A stretch of DNA of 64,000 bases from Candidatus Nomurabacteria bacterium (GCA_020631955.1 JACKGL010000002.1:77860-141859), one strand, 5' to 3'; counted from the stretch's first letter, positions 1-9,310 are shown. Program-made: numbers and translations. Notes: generated by a model not told the origin, from the sequence alone.

Positions 1-922
1 TTAATCTTTCGACAACTGTCTGCATCGTCTCTGGGTTGTCTGTTATCAATATGTGCGCTTGATCCAAAAGAGAGTAAAGAAAGATTATATTACCTTCTCT
101 ATCTATAACTATACGCGCATCTCTGTTGGCTATGAGTCTGTCTCCAAATATAGGATTACCCAGAGAGTTGCCTTGTGCGTCTTTTGTAGGAAGTCCGAAA
201 AATGGAGCAAACTCTTGGTACATAGTTGCTTCCCATTTGAGCATGGCTGAGAAAGAAGTATCGAAGTTGGTAGTAGCAAATAAGAAAAATCTTTCTGGAG
301 CGTCTTCATGATAAACACCAACATCAAATATAGGAGACAATACTCTTTTAAACTGAGCTGAAACTTCAGAGTTTATGGATTCTAAAAACTCTACAGAACT
401 GGCCTGTATATCTGTCTGTTCATAAACTATAGGATAAAGAGTGAGAGCCCCACGCACAGAACCTTCCTCTTGAAAAACAGATTCTATAAGACCATATACT
501 TGGTCTTTCTGTAGACTCGGTACATAAATATCTTTTACTTCATCAGCAAGTAAAATGTTGAACCTACTGGGCGCTTCGTAGTTGTCTGGGATTTTTGCTT
601 CTTGGTTGTTCTTAGCTAAGATAAACACGACGAGTCCTACAGTCACCACCAGCACAAAAAAAGTAGCTACTATATAAGCAACATTTCTTTTAGAAGAGGG
701 GTTGAAATTTTCATATTCTTCTCTTCTCTTTTCTTCTTCAGCCATAGCTATCTTGAGCACAGAACCTTGTTTATCTTTCACTGCTCTAGCCATATCGTCG
801 GCGTATGTGTGTATAGTTTTTAGAGAAGAGTGAAACTGATTAGAAACACCAGGAGCTTCTTGTGGTCCTTCACCCATATTTTGCGATATGTTGTTTAGAT
901 CTTCTCTATACTTATCTTCCAT
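1..922 (-). CDS. hypothetical membrane-anchored protein (3' end runs off the window)
   Basis: ATG at 922-920. My hand translation reads MEDKYREDLNNISQNMGEGPQEAPGVSNQFHSSLKTIHTYADDMARAVKDKQGSVLKIAMAEEEKRREEYENFNPSSKRNVAYIVATFFVLVVTVGLVVFILAKNNQ. It has one hydrophobic helix. The frame stays open to the window edge, which explains its absence from the ORF track. Confidence 0.6.
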   Translation of the reverse strand, partial: MEDKYREDLNNISQNMGEGPQEAPGVSNQFHSSLKTIHTYADDMARAVKDKQGSVLKIAMAEEEKRREEYENFNPSSKRNVAYIVATFFVLVVTVGLVVFILAKNNQEAKIPDNYEAPSRFNILLADEVKDIYVPSLQKDQVYGLIESVFQEEGSVRGALTLYPIVYEQTDIQASSVEFLESINSEVSAQFKRVLSPIFDVGVYHEDAPERFFLFATTNFDTSFSAMLKWEATMYQEFAPFFGLPTKDAQGNSLGNPIFGDRLIANRDARIVIDREGNIIFLYSLLDQAHILITDNPETMQTVVERL

Positions 923-976
923 ATTATATACTTATTATAGTACATTTTGTTTTTTAAATATATTTAAAAAACAGAT

Positions 977-3127
977 TTAAGCTTTTGCTTCTGGTTTTTT
1001 TATGAAGTCAGGATCTGCTGATTTGATAGAAAGTGATATTCTGTCTCTTTCTTTATCTACATCCAACACTTGCACAGGTACTTCCATACCTTCTTTTAGT
1101 ACGTCAGATATTTTTTCTACTCTAAATGGAGCTATTTCGGATATATGCACAAACCCATCTTTATATTTTGAAATTTGCACAATAGCCCCTGCTTCTATTA
1201 TCTTTACCACTTTACCTTGAGCCATATCTCCTTTCTTCCATTCTTTGACTATTTCTTGGACCATTTCTATAGCTTTAGCTGCACTACCATCTTTACCAGT
1301 AGCAAAAACACTTCCATCATCTTCTATAGTAAGGTCCGCACCGCTGACTTCCATAATCTCTTTTATAGTCTTACCACCAGAACCTATAACTTGTCCTATT
1401 TTTTCTTCTGGTATCTTGGTGCTCTTTATTTCTGGAGCGTGAGCAGATATTTGAGCTCTTGGTCCAGGTATTTCTTTTTCTATTACATCCAATATATGCA
1501 AACGAGCATCTTTTGCTTTTTGCATAGCTTCTTTCAATATCTGTACTGAAACGCCAGTGAGTTTGATATCTAGTTGTATAGCTGTCACACCTCTTCTGGT
1601 ACCTGCTACTTTAAAGTCCATGTCTCCGTGATGATCTTCTGGACCTTGGATATCTGTAAGTATGCGATAGTTTGTTTTGTCTCTTTCATCCACCATCACT
1701 CCCATAGCAATACCAGCTACTGGAGCAGTGATAGGAACACCTCCGTCCATAAGAGCTATAGAAGACCCACAGATAGATGCTTGTGAAGTAGACCCGTTGG
1801 ACGCTACTGCTTCTGACACTAGTCTTATAGTGTAAGGAAAAACTTCTTTTGAAGGTATCACTGGAACAAGTGCTTTCTCTGCTAAGAAGCCGTGCCCCAT
1901 CTCTCTTCTGTTTAGTCCACCGAGTCTTCCTGTCTCTCCTACAGAATATGGAGGGAAGTTGTAGTGATGCATAAATCTTCTTTTATATTGTGCTTCCATA
2001 CCGTCCACTTCATGCTTTTCATCTGGGCCGTCTAAAGTAAGCACAGAAAGAACGTGAGTCTCCCCTCTATAAAATATTCCTGTACCATGTAGGTATTCTG
2101 ACACTCCTCCTGCTTTGGCAAAAATATTTCTCACCTCATCAAAACCTCTACCATCTACACGAGAGTTTTTTTCTATAGCGCCACGATGTACTAGTTCGTC
2201 TATGATCTCATTTACATAGTCTTTGTATTCTACTCTTTCTTCATCATCTTCTACATCTGCATCAAGTATTTCACTCCATTTGTCTTCAGCTTCGTGAATA
2301 TAACTCTTACTATCTTTTCCAAAAAGACCTTTATCTAAAATAGGAACGATTTCTTTATCAAACTTTTCTTTCAGCGCAGATGTCACTTCTCTTTTTTCAA
2401 AAACTTGTTTCTCTTTACCTATTTCTTTCGCGATACTCTTTTGCCAGTCTTCTATATTTTTTATTTCTTGCATTGCTTCCTCTAGAGCACCAGAAACTTC
2501 GTCTTCGGAAAATTCGTAGACACAAGCTTCTATCATAGTCACCTCTCCTGCTCTACCACATACAGTAAGATCAAAGTCGTACACACCTTCTTCGTTTTGT
2601 GGTGCATAGTGGTCTACTTTTATATCTTGATCCCCTTTTACTCTAGTCATAGCTACGGCACCTACCGGTCCACCAAATGGAATATCAGAAACACAAAGCG
2701 CTAGCGACGCTGCGTTGACTGCAACTATTTTAGGATCAGCTTTTCCCAATGCTATAACTGTAGCGATAACTTGTACTGGGTTTTTTATATGATGAGGAAA
2801 AAGTGGACGAAGTGTACGATCGATAACGCGACCAGCAAGTATAGCTTGGTCTGATGGTCTTCCTTCTCTTTTTGTATATTGTCCACCAAGTATTTTTCCT
2901 GCAGCATAATATTTTTCCATATACTCTACTGTAAGATTGAAATACCCAGGGTTGCCTCTACCGCTTTTACCGATAACAGCAGTAGCCAGTACCACAGTAC
3001 CTTCTCTTTCCAACAAAACAGAGCCGTTGGCTTGTTCTGCCAAATCAGAAAAAGTGGCTTTATATTCACCTCCTTTAAGATTTAATTTATATTCTTTTGT
3101 ATTCATAGAAATTTGGGTTTGCCCCAA
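977..3127 (-). CDS. pnp: polynucleotide phosphorylase (polyribonucleotide nucleotidyltransferase)
   Basis: 716 aa. Two RNase PH-like halves, then a KH motif (IGQVIGSGGKTIKEI) and a C-terminal S1 domain (GKVVKIIEAGAIVQI...ISLSIK). Confidence 0.97.
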   Translation of the reverse strand: MGQTQISMNTKEYKLNLKGGEYKATFSDLAEQANGSVLLEREGTVVLATAVIGKSGRGNPGYFNLTVEYMEKYYAAGKILGGQYTKREGRPSDQAILAGRVIDRTLRPLFPHHIKNPVQVIATVIALGKADPKIVAVNAASLALCVSDIPFGGPVGAVAMTRVKGDQDIKVDHYAPQNEEGVYDFDLTVCGRAGEVTMIEACVYEFSEDEVSGALEEAMQEIKNIEDWQKSIAKEIGKEKQVFEKREVTSALKEKFDKEIVPILDKGLFGKDSKSYIHEAEDKWSEILDADVEDDEERVEYKDYVNEIIDELVHRGAIEKNSRVDGRGFDEVRNIFAKAGGVSEYLHGTGIFYRGETHVLSVLTLDGPDEKHEVDGMEAQYKRRFMHHYNFPPYSVGETGRLGGLNRREMGHGFLAEKALVPVIPSKEVFPYTIRLVSEAVASNGSTSQASICGSSIALMDGGVPITAPVAGIAMGVMVDERDKTNYRILTDIQGPEDHHGDMDFKVAGTRRGVTAIQLDIKLTGVSVQILKEAMQKAKDARLHILDVIEKEIPGPRAQISAHAPEIKSTKIPEEKIGQVIGSGGKTIKEIMEVSGADLTIEDDGSVFATGKDGSAAKAIEMVQEIVKEWKKGDMAQGKVVKIIEAGAIVQISKYKDGFVHISEIAPFRVEKISDVLKEGMEVPVQVLDVDKERDRISLSIKSADPDFIKKPEAKA

Positions 3128-3226
3128 GACTCTAGCTCTCTATCCTTTTGGATACAAACCTAAGTGTCTAGGGACAAATTATTTAATAATATATCGATAT
3201 TATCACAAAAGATCTATTTTTCAAGT

Positions 3227-3255
3227 AAAAAAGACACCGCTAGGCGGTGTCTTTT
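3227..3255 (-). terminator. intrinsic terminator after the anti-sigma-like gene
   Basis: AAAAGACACCGC/GCGGTGTCTTTT inverted repeat. A T-run follows on the minus strand. Confidence 0.7.
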
Positions 3256-3267
3256 AAAGGAAAATAT

Positions 3268-4500
3268 TTAGTTATCGTCGTCGTCATCACCTCCACCGTG
3301 ACCCGAATTGTCGTCGTCTTCATCTTCATCTTCACCACCACTACCGTGACCCGAATTGTCGTCGTCCAGCTCTTCTTCATCTTCTTCGTCATCTTCATTA
3401 TTTATGTTCCCATGGCCAGAATTATCGTCATCTAATTCTTCCTCACTATCATCTTGGTCGTCAGAATCATGTTCTTCATCTTCAGAATCGTCAGAAAATG
3501 ACTTCCCTGGGTTGTTGTCGTCTATCCTATCATCATCGTTACCATGCCCTTTGTTATCATCTTCATCGCCATCATCCTCGTCGTCATCTTCCGATTTATC
3601 TTTTATACGGATTTCTCCATCTTTGAATCTTATATCTATATTGTCTGTTTTTATTCTAAAATCGTCATCTTTTATATCTATTTTTGTACCGTCGGTATAT
3701 TTTATATCTATTCTCTCTATTTCTTCATCATCCACATAGTACAACAAGAGGTCAGCTAGTAAAGACTTTAATTCATCACTTTGTGCTTTATCAGATAAAG
3801 ATTCTATTGCTTCTACGGTATCATCAAAACTTTCTTTAGAGACACCATCTTCTATAGTAGATACATTACCTTTATCTTTCGGTCTACTTGCTCTATCCTC
3901 TGTTTCAACAACCATTATTTTCCTAAGCGACTCTATATCTATAAAATAATTTTCAGACACCTCAGACAGAACCTCTTCTGGGTCTGTAGAACTAGACATG
4001 AAGTAATACTTCACATCATCAACTTCTATTTTTGCTACAGTTATATCTGTAAATATATCTATTTCAAAAGCAGTTAGGTTTCCAGATGATAAGTCTATTG
4101 ATGTATTTTCTGATTTTGATGTATCATCACTAGAATCGTCTTGTAAAACTTCCTGTAATTCTTCTACTCTTTCTTCAGCAAACTTAACTCTCAATTTTTC
4201 TTTTGTATTCTCTCCAGCCAAAAAGTAACGAACTTCTTCTATACTTTTATCTACTTTATATAATGCATCTCCTGGTTTTGCTTCATTAGAAGCTACAGCA
4301 GTACCGCCAAGACCTAATAATACTGCTAAAAATATTGCTATTGTTCCCATACGTATACTAAATACTCTTATAATACTAGGAGTTCCGACTTTTTTGACTC
4401 CGTTTTTTTCTAATAAAACCTTGTTCCAAATTTGGTTTCTTTTTAATTCAGAAATTTTTTGAATTTTTACGTTATTTAATTTTTTTTCAATACTATTCAT
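3268..4500 (-). CDS. membrane-anchored DUF5667-like protein with a poly-acidic repeat tail; candidate anti-sigma factor
   Basis: 410 aa. One TM helix (MGTIAIFLAVLLGLGGTAVA) followed by PGDALYKVDKSIEEV, which resembles DUF5667. The C-terminus is D/E-rich with DDDNSGHG repeats. The start overlaps the stop of the upstream sigma gene by 8 nt. Confidence 0.55.
   Translation of the reverse strand: MNSIEKKLNNVKIQKISELKRNQIWNKVLLEKNGVKKVGTPSIIRVFSIRMGTIAIFLAVLLGLGGTAVASNEAKPGDALYKVDKSIEEVRYFLAGENTKEKLRVKFAEERVEELQEVLQDDSSDDTSKSENTSIDLSSGNLTAFEIDIFTDITVAKIEVDDVKYYFMSSSTDPEEVLSEVSENYFIDIESLRKIMVVETEDRASRPKDKGNVSTIEDGVSKESFDDTVEAIESLSDKAQSDELKSLLADLLLYYVDDEEIERIDIKYTDGTKIDIKDDDFRIKTDNIDIRFKDGEIRIKDKSEDDDEDDGDEDDNKGHGNDDDRIDDNNPGKSFSDDSEDEEHDSDDQDDSEEELDDDNSGHGNINNEDDEEDEEELDDDNSGHGSGGEDEDEDDDNSGHGGGDDDDDN
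3296..3432 (-). repeat. in-frame tandem repeat encoding the DDDNSGHG acidic motif
   Basis: A 23-nt perfect repeat, ccgtgacccgaattgtcgtcgtc, lies at 3296-3318 and 3344-3366 (48-nt period). A degenerate third copy lies at 3410-3432. Confidence 0.85.
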
Positions 4501-5008
4501 AGTTTAACATCTTCCCTCTTATTTTTTTTACAGCTCTGTTGTGTAAAACTCTTGCATTACCTTCAGATATATTCATAACAAAAGATATAGAATCAAAATC
4601 TAAGTCTAAAAAATATCTTAATTCTATTATTTCTTTATATCTTTTACTTAAAGAACTCACGCACTTTAGTAAATCTTCATGACTATCAAGATTAATATCT
4701 TCTTCTAAAGAATAAGTTTTGGATAAATCAGAGTATTGTACAAAAAATTTCCTATATTTATATATTTTTCTTTTAACAATAGTAAATACATAGCCGTAAA
4801 AATGTGCTTTGGATATATATATAAAATCAGACATGTTATTCCATAAACTCACAAAAACTTCCTGACAGATATCATCTGCATCATTTTCATTCTTCACTCT
4901 GACTTTTATATATTTGTATACTTTATCAAAAAGCGCATCATAAAGAATTTTAAAGTTTTCATTTGAGTTTTGATCCTTACACTTTTTTACAATTTCATGT
5001 ATCTCCAT
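4493..5008 (-). CDS. RNA polymerase sigma factor, ECF/sigma-70 region 2 plus region 4 type
   Basis: 171 aa. Region-2-like DDICQEVFVSLW and a region-4 HTH, YKEIIELRYFLDLDFDSISFVMNISEGNARVLHNRAVKKIR. Confidence 0.8.
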   Translation of the reverse strand: MEIHEIVKKCKDQNSNENFKILYDALFDKVYKYIKVRVKNENDADDICQEVFVSLWNNMSDFIYISKAHFYGYVFTIVKRKIYKYRKFFVQYSDLSKTYSLEEDINLDSHEDLLKCVSSLSKRYKEIIELRYFLDLDFDSISFVMNISEGNARVLHNRAVKKIRGKMLNYE

Positions 5009-5091
5009 CTTTACTTATTATATACATATATATAATAAAAAAGTTACATATTTACATATTTATTTTTTATGGTATATTGAAAGAAAAAATC

Positions 5092-5409
5092 ATGAAAGTA
5101 CTGTACACAGACCAAACCTTCCTTACTACGGAAGGAGAACTGAGGTACGACGTACTTCAGGATAGTAAAGATAAAAACCTTGTCAGTATAGGGGTAAAAG
5201 GGCTTATTAAAAAAAGCTCTGATCCTATATCGGGTATCTTTGAAAGCGATTTCGAAGAGGTCAAAACTGTAAGTAAGGAATTCGCCAAAAAATTCTTTGA
5301 TAGAAAAAAATTCACTATTATTGAAAAAAGTGGCGGATATCTGATTAGTTTCACCGGAAAATTACTTGAAGAAGATGAAAATACTCAAAAAAATATTAGA
5401 GGACATTAA
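5092..5409 (+). CDS. hypothetical protein (105 aa)
   Basis: Internal ATG at 5092 (MKVLYTDQTF). The upstream part of ORF 4963..5409 overlaps the sigma gene and is low-complexity. No motif recognised. Confidence 0.45.
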   Translation: MKVLYTDQTFLTTEGELRYDVLQDSKDKNLVSIGVKGLIKKSSDPISGIFESDFEEVKTVSKEFAKKFFDRKKFTIIEKSGGYLISFTGKLLEEDENTQKNIRGH

Positions 5410-5410
5410 T

Positions 5411-5767
5411 ATGAGCCAAATGAGATCATTTGAAAGACAAAGCTTTGCAGATGGATTCGGATTCAGTATCCAAAAAATGGGCACGGAATCAATAATCTGC
5501 CTCCCCTACTATCATTATAGAAGCCTTAAAGAAGGGGAGATCCTGGATTATTTCCTGGCAGAGCTTGAGCTTCATGGAGTCAACACAGATACTTGGCTCA
5601 AGGAAAATCTTGACACTAGTCTTGATCTTATGGGTTTTAACCTTTATGCAGAAAAAATTGAAAAACCCGATTTTTACCCAGGTCAGCCAGTGATCTTCAT
5701 CAGAAGAAGAGATTGGGGTATATCCTGGGATTACGACCAACAATTCAGTCGTTCGTTCGATGAATGA
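5411..5767 (+). CDS. hypothetical protein (118 aa)
   Basis: ATG at 5411, 1 nt after the previous stop (MSQMRSFERQ). TGA stop, followed by a terminator. No motif recognised. Confidence 0.45.
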   Translation: MSQMRSFERQSFADGFGFSIQKMGTESIICLPYYHYRSLKEGEILDYFLAELELHGVNTDTWLKENLDTSLDLMGFNLYAEKIEKPDFYPGQPVIFIRRRDWGISWDYDQQFSRSFDE

Positions 5768-5782
5768 TCGACAGATTATAAA

Positions 5783-5808
5783 GGCATCGCTTCCGCGATG
5801 CTTTTTTT
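5783..5808 (+). terminator. intrinsic terminator
   Basis: GCATCGC-TTCC-GCGATGC hairpin followed by seven T. Confidence 0.8.
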
Positions 5809-6367
5809 ATTTTTTAGCTATTTTCTTTACTGGTCTTTTTGCTCTAGTATTTCTTCTTGGCTTTCTATAACCTATCAAGTACTTTTCTGGTTTATCAGCC
5901 AGGTCGTAAAAAGCGTCTACCACTTCCTTGAGCTTTAGCCCTGTACTTCTTCCAAAAGAAGCCACTTCTACTCTGACCATCATTTGTTCTTGTAAGTATT
6001 CTACCAATGGGACAAAATCACTGTCACCAGATAGTATCACTACAGTATCTAGTCTAGGAGCCATCTTCACTACATCCACAGCAAGACCCACATCCCAGTC
6101 TGCCTTTTTACTTCCATCAGCAAAAACCATAAGCTCTTTGCTTTTTAGTTCTATACCTTTAGATGTAAGCGCGCTTAGGAATTGTTTTTCGTCCCCACGT
6201 TCTGTCTCTATGACATAAGCTATGGCTTTGACGAGTTGTCTTTGTCCGACTACATCAGATATTATCTGTGAAAAATTCACTTTATGACCAAACACGCTTC
6301 TGGCGCTATGGTAAAGATTTTGTGTGTCTATAAATACGGCTATTCTTTGTGCTTTTTCGTTTATCAT
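5807..6367 (-). CDS. NYN/LabA-like (PIN-related) domain protein
   Basis: 186 aa. Contains RIAVFIDTQNLYHSAR and VVILSGDSDFVPLVEYL, characteristic of LabA/DUF88 NYN domains. Basic C-terminal tail. Confidence 0.75.
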   Translation of the reverse strand: MINEKAQRIAVFIDTQNLYHSARSVFGHKVNFSQIISDVVGQRQLVKAIAYVIETERGDEKQFLSALTSKGIELKSKELMVFADGSKKADWDVGLAVDVVKMAPRLDTVVILSGDSDFVPLVEYLQEQMMVRVEVASFGRSTGLKLKEVVDAFYDLADKPEKYLIGYRKPRRNTRAKRPVKKIAKK

Positions 6368-6401
6368 ATTTTCTATTATACTCTATTTATTATATCTAGG
6401 A

Positions 6402-6429
6402 TAAAAAACATCCCCTTTCGGGGCTGTTT
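6402..6429 (-). terminator. intrinsic terminator after rpsO
   Basis: On the minus strand, ACAGCCCC-GAAA-GGGGATGT followed by TTTTTT. Confidence 0.75.
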
Positions 6430-6654
6430 TTATTTACTATTCTTTTGAGCAAACTTTTCGTGCTTTCTTCTAGCAGCAACAAGTTTTAGAAGTCCTCTTT
6501 TAGAACTAATATCTTTCTTGTGCTTCTTAAGATGGTCAGCAAGCTCGTCTATTCTTTTGTTTAGGAGAGCTACTTGCACTGAAGAAGAACCGGTATCTTT
6601 CTCGTGTTTTCCGGTTTTCTTGATTATTGATTGCTTTTGCTTTGTTGTTAACAT
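6430..6654 (-). CDS. rpsO: 30S ribosomal protein S15
   Basis: [40 protein letters not shown] matches S15. The start at the internal ATG 6654 (MLTTKQ) places DTGS at the usual position. The ORF track begins 14 codons earlier, at 6696. Confidence 0.9.
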   Translation of the reverse strand: MLTTKQKQSIIKKTGKHEKDTGSSSVQVALLNKRIDELADHLKKHKKDISSKRGLLKLVAARRKHEKFAQKNSK

Positions 6655-6735
6655 GTGCCTATGTATATCATATTTTGAGCTTTTTGGCAAGGTCATATCT
6701 ATACCCTAATAGTCTTTAGTGCTACAATATTTACA

Positions 6736-7653
6736 ATGTCGCAAAACGAAATCCAAAGATATAAAAGAGAGTTTCTAGAGCATGTAGAGATAGAAAAAGG
6801 CAACAGTCTAAAGACTGTCGAGAACTACGATAGATATTTAGAAAGGTTCTTCGAATTTGCAAAAATTTCTAAGCCTGGAGATATCACAGAAGACAAGATC
6901 CGCGAATACAGACTGCACCTAAACAGACAGCCGGGCATAAAAGTCCGAGGGCAATCTCAAGCAACACTAAAGAAAAATACTCAAAATTATCACCTTATAG
7001 CTCTCAGAGCTTTTTTAAAATACTTGATGCGACGTGGTCAAAAGTCTTTGTCGCCAGAAAAAATAGAACTCGCAAAAACAAAAGAAAGACATCTAGATCT
7101 GGTGTCTGAAACAGAACTGTCGAGACTTCTATCAGCTCCAAAAGGTGCAGATGAAAAATCACTTCGAGACAGAGCTTTGCTCGAATTATTTTTTTCTACT
7201 GGACTTCGTTTATCCGAACTTTGTTCACTCAACAAAGATCTCGATCTTTCTAAAGATGAATTTTCTATCCGCGGTAAAGGAGAAAAAGTACGTGTAGTTT
7301 TTCTTAGCGATAGCGCAAGAAGTGCTATCAAAGAATATCTAAAAGCAAGAAAAGATTTCTTGGAACCTCTTTTTGTCCAAGTATCTTTCAACAAAAAAGG
7401 AGATGGCAGGCTCACCCCGAGATCTATAGAACGTATTGTAAAACACTATGCTATAGCTGCTGGTATCTCAAAAAAAGTCACCCCTCACGTGCTAAGACAC
7501 AGTTTTGCCACAGACCTTCTTTCCAACGGTGCAGATATAAGAAGTGTACAGATGATGCTCGGTCACGCCAACATAGCAACCACACAAATATATACACACG
7601 TTACCAATAAACAACTAAAAGAAGTTCACAAAAAGTTTCATAGTAAAAAATAA
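6736..7653 (+). CDS. tyrosine-type site-specific recombinase, XerC/XerD family
   Basis: 305 aa. N-terminal SAM-like core-binding domain. The catalytic region has LRHSFATDLL and LGHANIATTQIYTHV. Confidence 0.9.
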   Translation: MSQNEIQRYKREFLEHVEIEKGNSLKTVENYDRYLERFFEFAKISKPGDITEDKIREYRLHLNRQPGIKVRGQSQATLKKNTQNYHLIALRAFLKYLMRRGQKSLSPEKIELAKTKERHLDLVSETELSRLLSAPKGADEKSLRDRALLELFFSTGLRLSELCSLNKDLDLSKDEFSIRGKGEKVRVVFLSDSARSAIKEYLKARKDFLEPLFVQVSFNKKGDGRLTPRSIERIVKHYAIAAGISKKVTPHVLRHSFATDLLSNGADIRSVQMMLGHANIATTQIYTHVTNKQLKEVHKKFHSKK

Positions 7654-7684
7654 ATCAGTAATAAATCAGTGTTATAATAAAAAT

Positions 7685-8119
7685 ATGGAAACACTAGACC
7701 CAAATCTAAAACCAAGAACAAAGCCTGAGGATGAATCGGTGGCCTCACCTAGACTCCAAGACTTCACTCCTCCTGGTATGTATGAATCTAAAAAAATAAA
7801 ATGGGAAGGGCTGCATGATTACACAAACATCACCAGACTTTTGGAAATGGAAATAAAAGAACAGGTGCAACAAAACAGCACTAACGAAGATACGATAATG
7901 GAAAACCTAAAAAATATCTTGCCTCTACCAAAAGTGGAAGAGTTTCTCCAGGATAGAAAACAAATAGGATACAAGTCATTGGTAGAAAGTCTAGAAAAAG
8001 ACTTGAAAGCAAGACCAGAAGAAATAAAAGAGGTGAACGCTCTAATAGAAGAAATAAATAAAACCAAAGACCTCACTACTTTGGAGATGTCTTTGCGAAA
8101 ACTAAAATCATATTTTTAA
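7685..8119 (+). CDS. hypothetical protein (144 aa)
   Basis: ORF only; charged, no motif recognised. Confidence 0.4.
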   Translation: METLDPNLKPRTKPEDESVASPRLQDFTPPGMYESKKIKWEGLHDYTNITRLLEMEIKEQVQQNSTNEDTIMENLKNILPLPKVEEFLQDRKQIGYKSLVESLEKDLKARPEEIKEVNALIEEINKTKDLTTLEMSLRKLKSYF

Positions 8120-8153
8120 ATAAAAAATACCCATCTGCAATCACAAATGAGTA

Positions 8154-8564
8154 TTAAAATCTTTTACTTAGGAAGTAAGCCACGGTAGCTGCTCCAGCAA
8201 AGATGATCATCTCTCCTATCACAAGGAGCTCTTCTCTCGGATAAACTATCCAAGAAATGATCCCTAGCACAGAGAGTGCAAGCTTGGTAGGCCACCAAGA
8301 CCATGAGAACCGCACGTGTCTTTCGTCTACTGGTTCCCATAGATAGATGGTCAAATACAAACCAGCCCCCACAAGAAATCCAGCACCATTGGCAAAGTTC
8401 TCACTAATGACAAATTCTTTAAACTCGAGCCATCCTTCCTGCACCATAAGTACATATAAGAGCTTAACAGCGAAGTAGAATATCTCAAAAGAAAAAATAA
8501 AATTCACAATACTTCTGGGTTCCACATATCGCAGAGACCCAAAAAAACTTTTCAGCTTTTTCAT
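8154..8564 (-). CDS. hypothetical integral membrane protein (136 aa)
   Basis: About four hydrophobic segments; no motif recognised. Confidence 0.45.
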   Translation of the reverse strand: MKKLKSFFGSLRYVEPRSIVNFIFSFEIFYFAVKLLYVLMVQEGWLEFKEFVISENFANGAGFLVGAGLYLTIYLWEPVDERHVRFSWSWWPTKLALSVLGIISWIVYPREELLVIGEMIIFAGAATVAYFLSKRF

Positions 8565-8656
8565 AGTTTCTGTTTTTTGTGTGAAACGGATTTTCTTTTA
8601 GCATACATTTTTGAAATAGTTCGTGCAACAAGCTACCTATTTGATATAATTATTCC

Positions 8657-9310
8657 ATGTCATACGACTCACAAAAAAAGAACTTCGAGCAAGCCTATCA
8701 AACAGGTACTGACCTATGGAGTACTATATATAAGAATATCCCAAAGGTTGTGAAACAGTTTGCTGAAACCGGTGAAACGAAAGATATCATCCTAGACATC
8801 GGTGCGGGGAGAGGAAGACTAGCTAGGACTTTGGCAGAATACGGCTTTCGTGTGATAGGTCTTGATATCGTGAAACAAATAGTAGATAAAAATAACGATG
8901 AAGTAAAACTCGAAGGTCTCGCAAGAGAAATAAAGTTTATGGAAGGAAGTGTCTTGGACATACCTTTCACCGACGAAGGTTTTGCTGGGGCTGTAGATAT
9001 AGGAACAATGCAACACATACTAAAAGAAGATTTTGGTAAATATGCAAAAGAAGTATCTAGAGTCATAAGAAAAGATGGTTATTTTCTTTTGGTGGTACTC
9101 AGTAAAGAAAATTCCAACTACCTTTCATGGAACCCAAAACAAGGTACCAATAGCGACTTTGAATACTCTGGTACTCATTATCATTTTTTCACACAAGATG
9201 AGATAGAAGAAATATTTAGTCCGTACTTTCATATACAACTAATAAAAGTAGAATACTTAGAAGAAAGAAAAAACGAAGCACACGTAGTAGCTTTGATGAA
9301 AAGAAGATGA
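8657..9310 (+). CDS. class I SAM-dependent methyltransferase
   Basis: Motif I ILDIGAGRGRLARTLAEYGFRVIGLDI and the post-I/II layout of the Methyltransf_11/25 type. Confidence 0.8.
   Translation: MSYDSQKKNFEQAYQTGTDLWSTIYKNIPKVVKQFAETGETKDIILDIGAGRGRLARTLAEYGFRVIGLDIVKQIVDKNNDEVKLEGLAREIKFMEGSVLDIPFTDEGFAGAVDIGTMQHILKEDFGKYAKEVSRVIRKDGYFLLVVLSKENSNYLSWNPKQGTNSDFEYSGTHYHFFTQDEIEEIFSPYFHIQLIKVEYLEERKNEAHVVALMKRR

Noticed and set aside
1002-3257. Several + strand ORFs (1002..1220, 1175..1549, 1245..1442, 1574..1786, 2879..3085, 2937..3257) inside or against pnp
   Set aside because: They are antisense to a 716-aa gene with unmistakable PNPase motifs. Their products are low-complexity (S/F/L/I-rich) with no motifs. 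They are shadow ORFs.
3290-3440. Short spaced direct repeats, considered as a possible mini-CRISPR
   Set aside because: The repeats are 23 nt with a 48-nt period, number only two or three copies, lie in-frame inside a coding region and encode a repeated peptide. There are no cas genes. This is not a CRISPR array.
3356-3759. Poly-serine ORF (3356..3739) and ORFs 3247..3435 and 3544..3759 on the + strand
   Set aside because: They are mirror images of the GAT/GAA-rich acidic tail of the minus-strand gene. Their composition is an artefact of the complementary codons.
5765-5767. Possibility of an alternative genetic code (UGA reassigned), as in some candidate phyla
   Set aside because: TGA terminates well-delimited genes (5411..5767, and phoH2 at 20972-20974 followed by its terminator). 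All conserved genes are full-length under the standard code.
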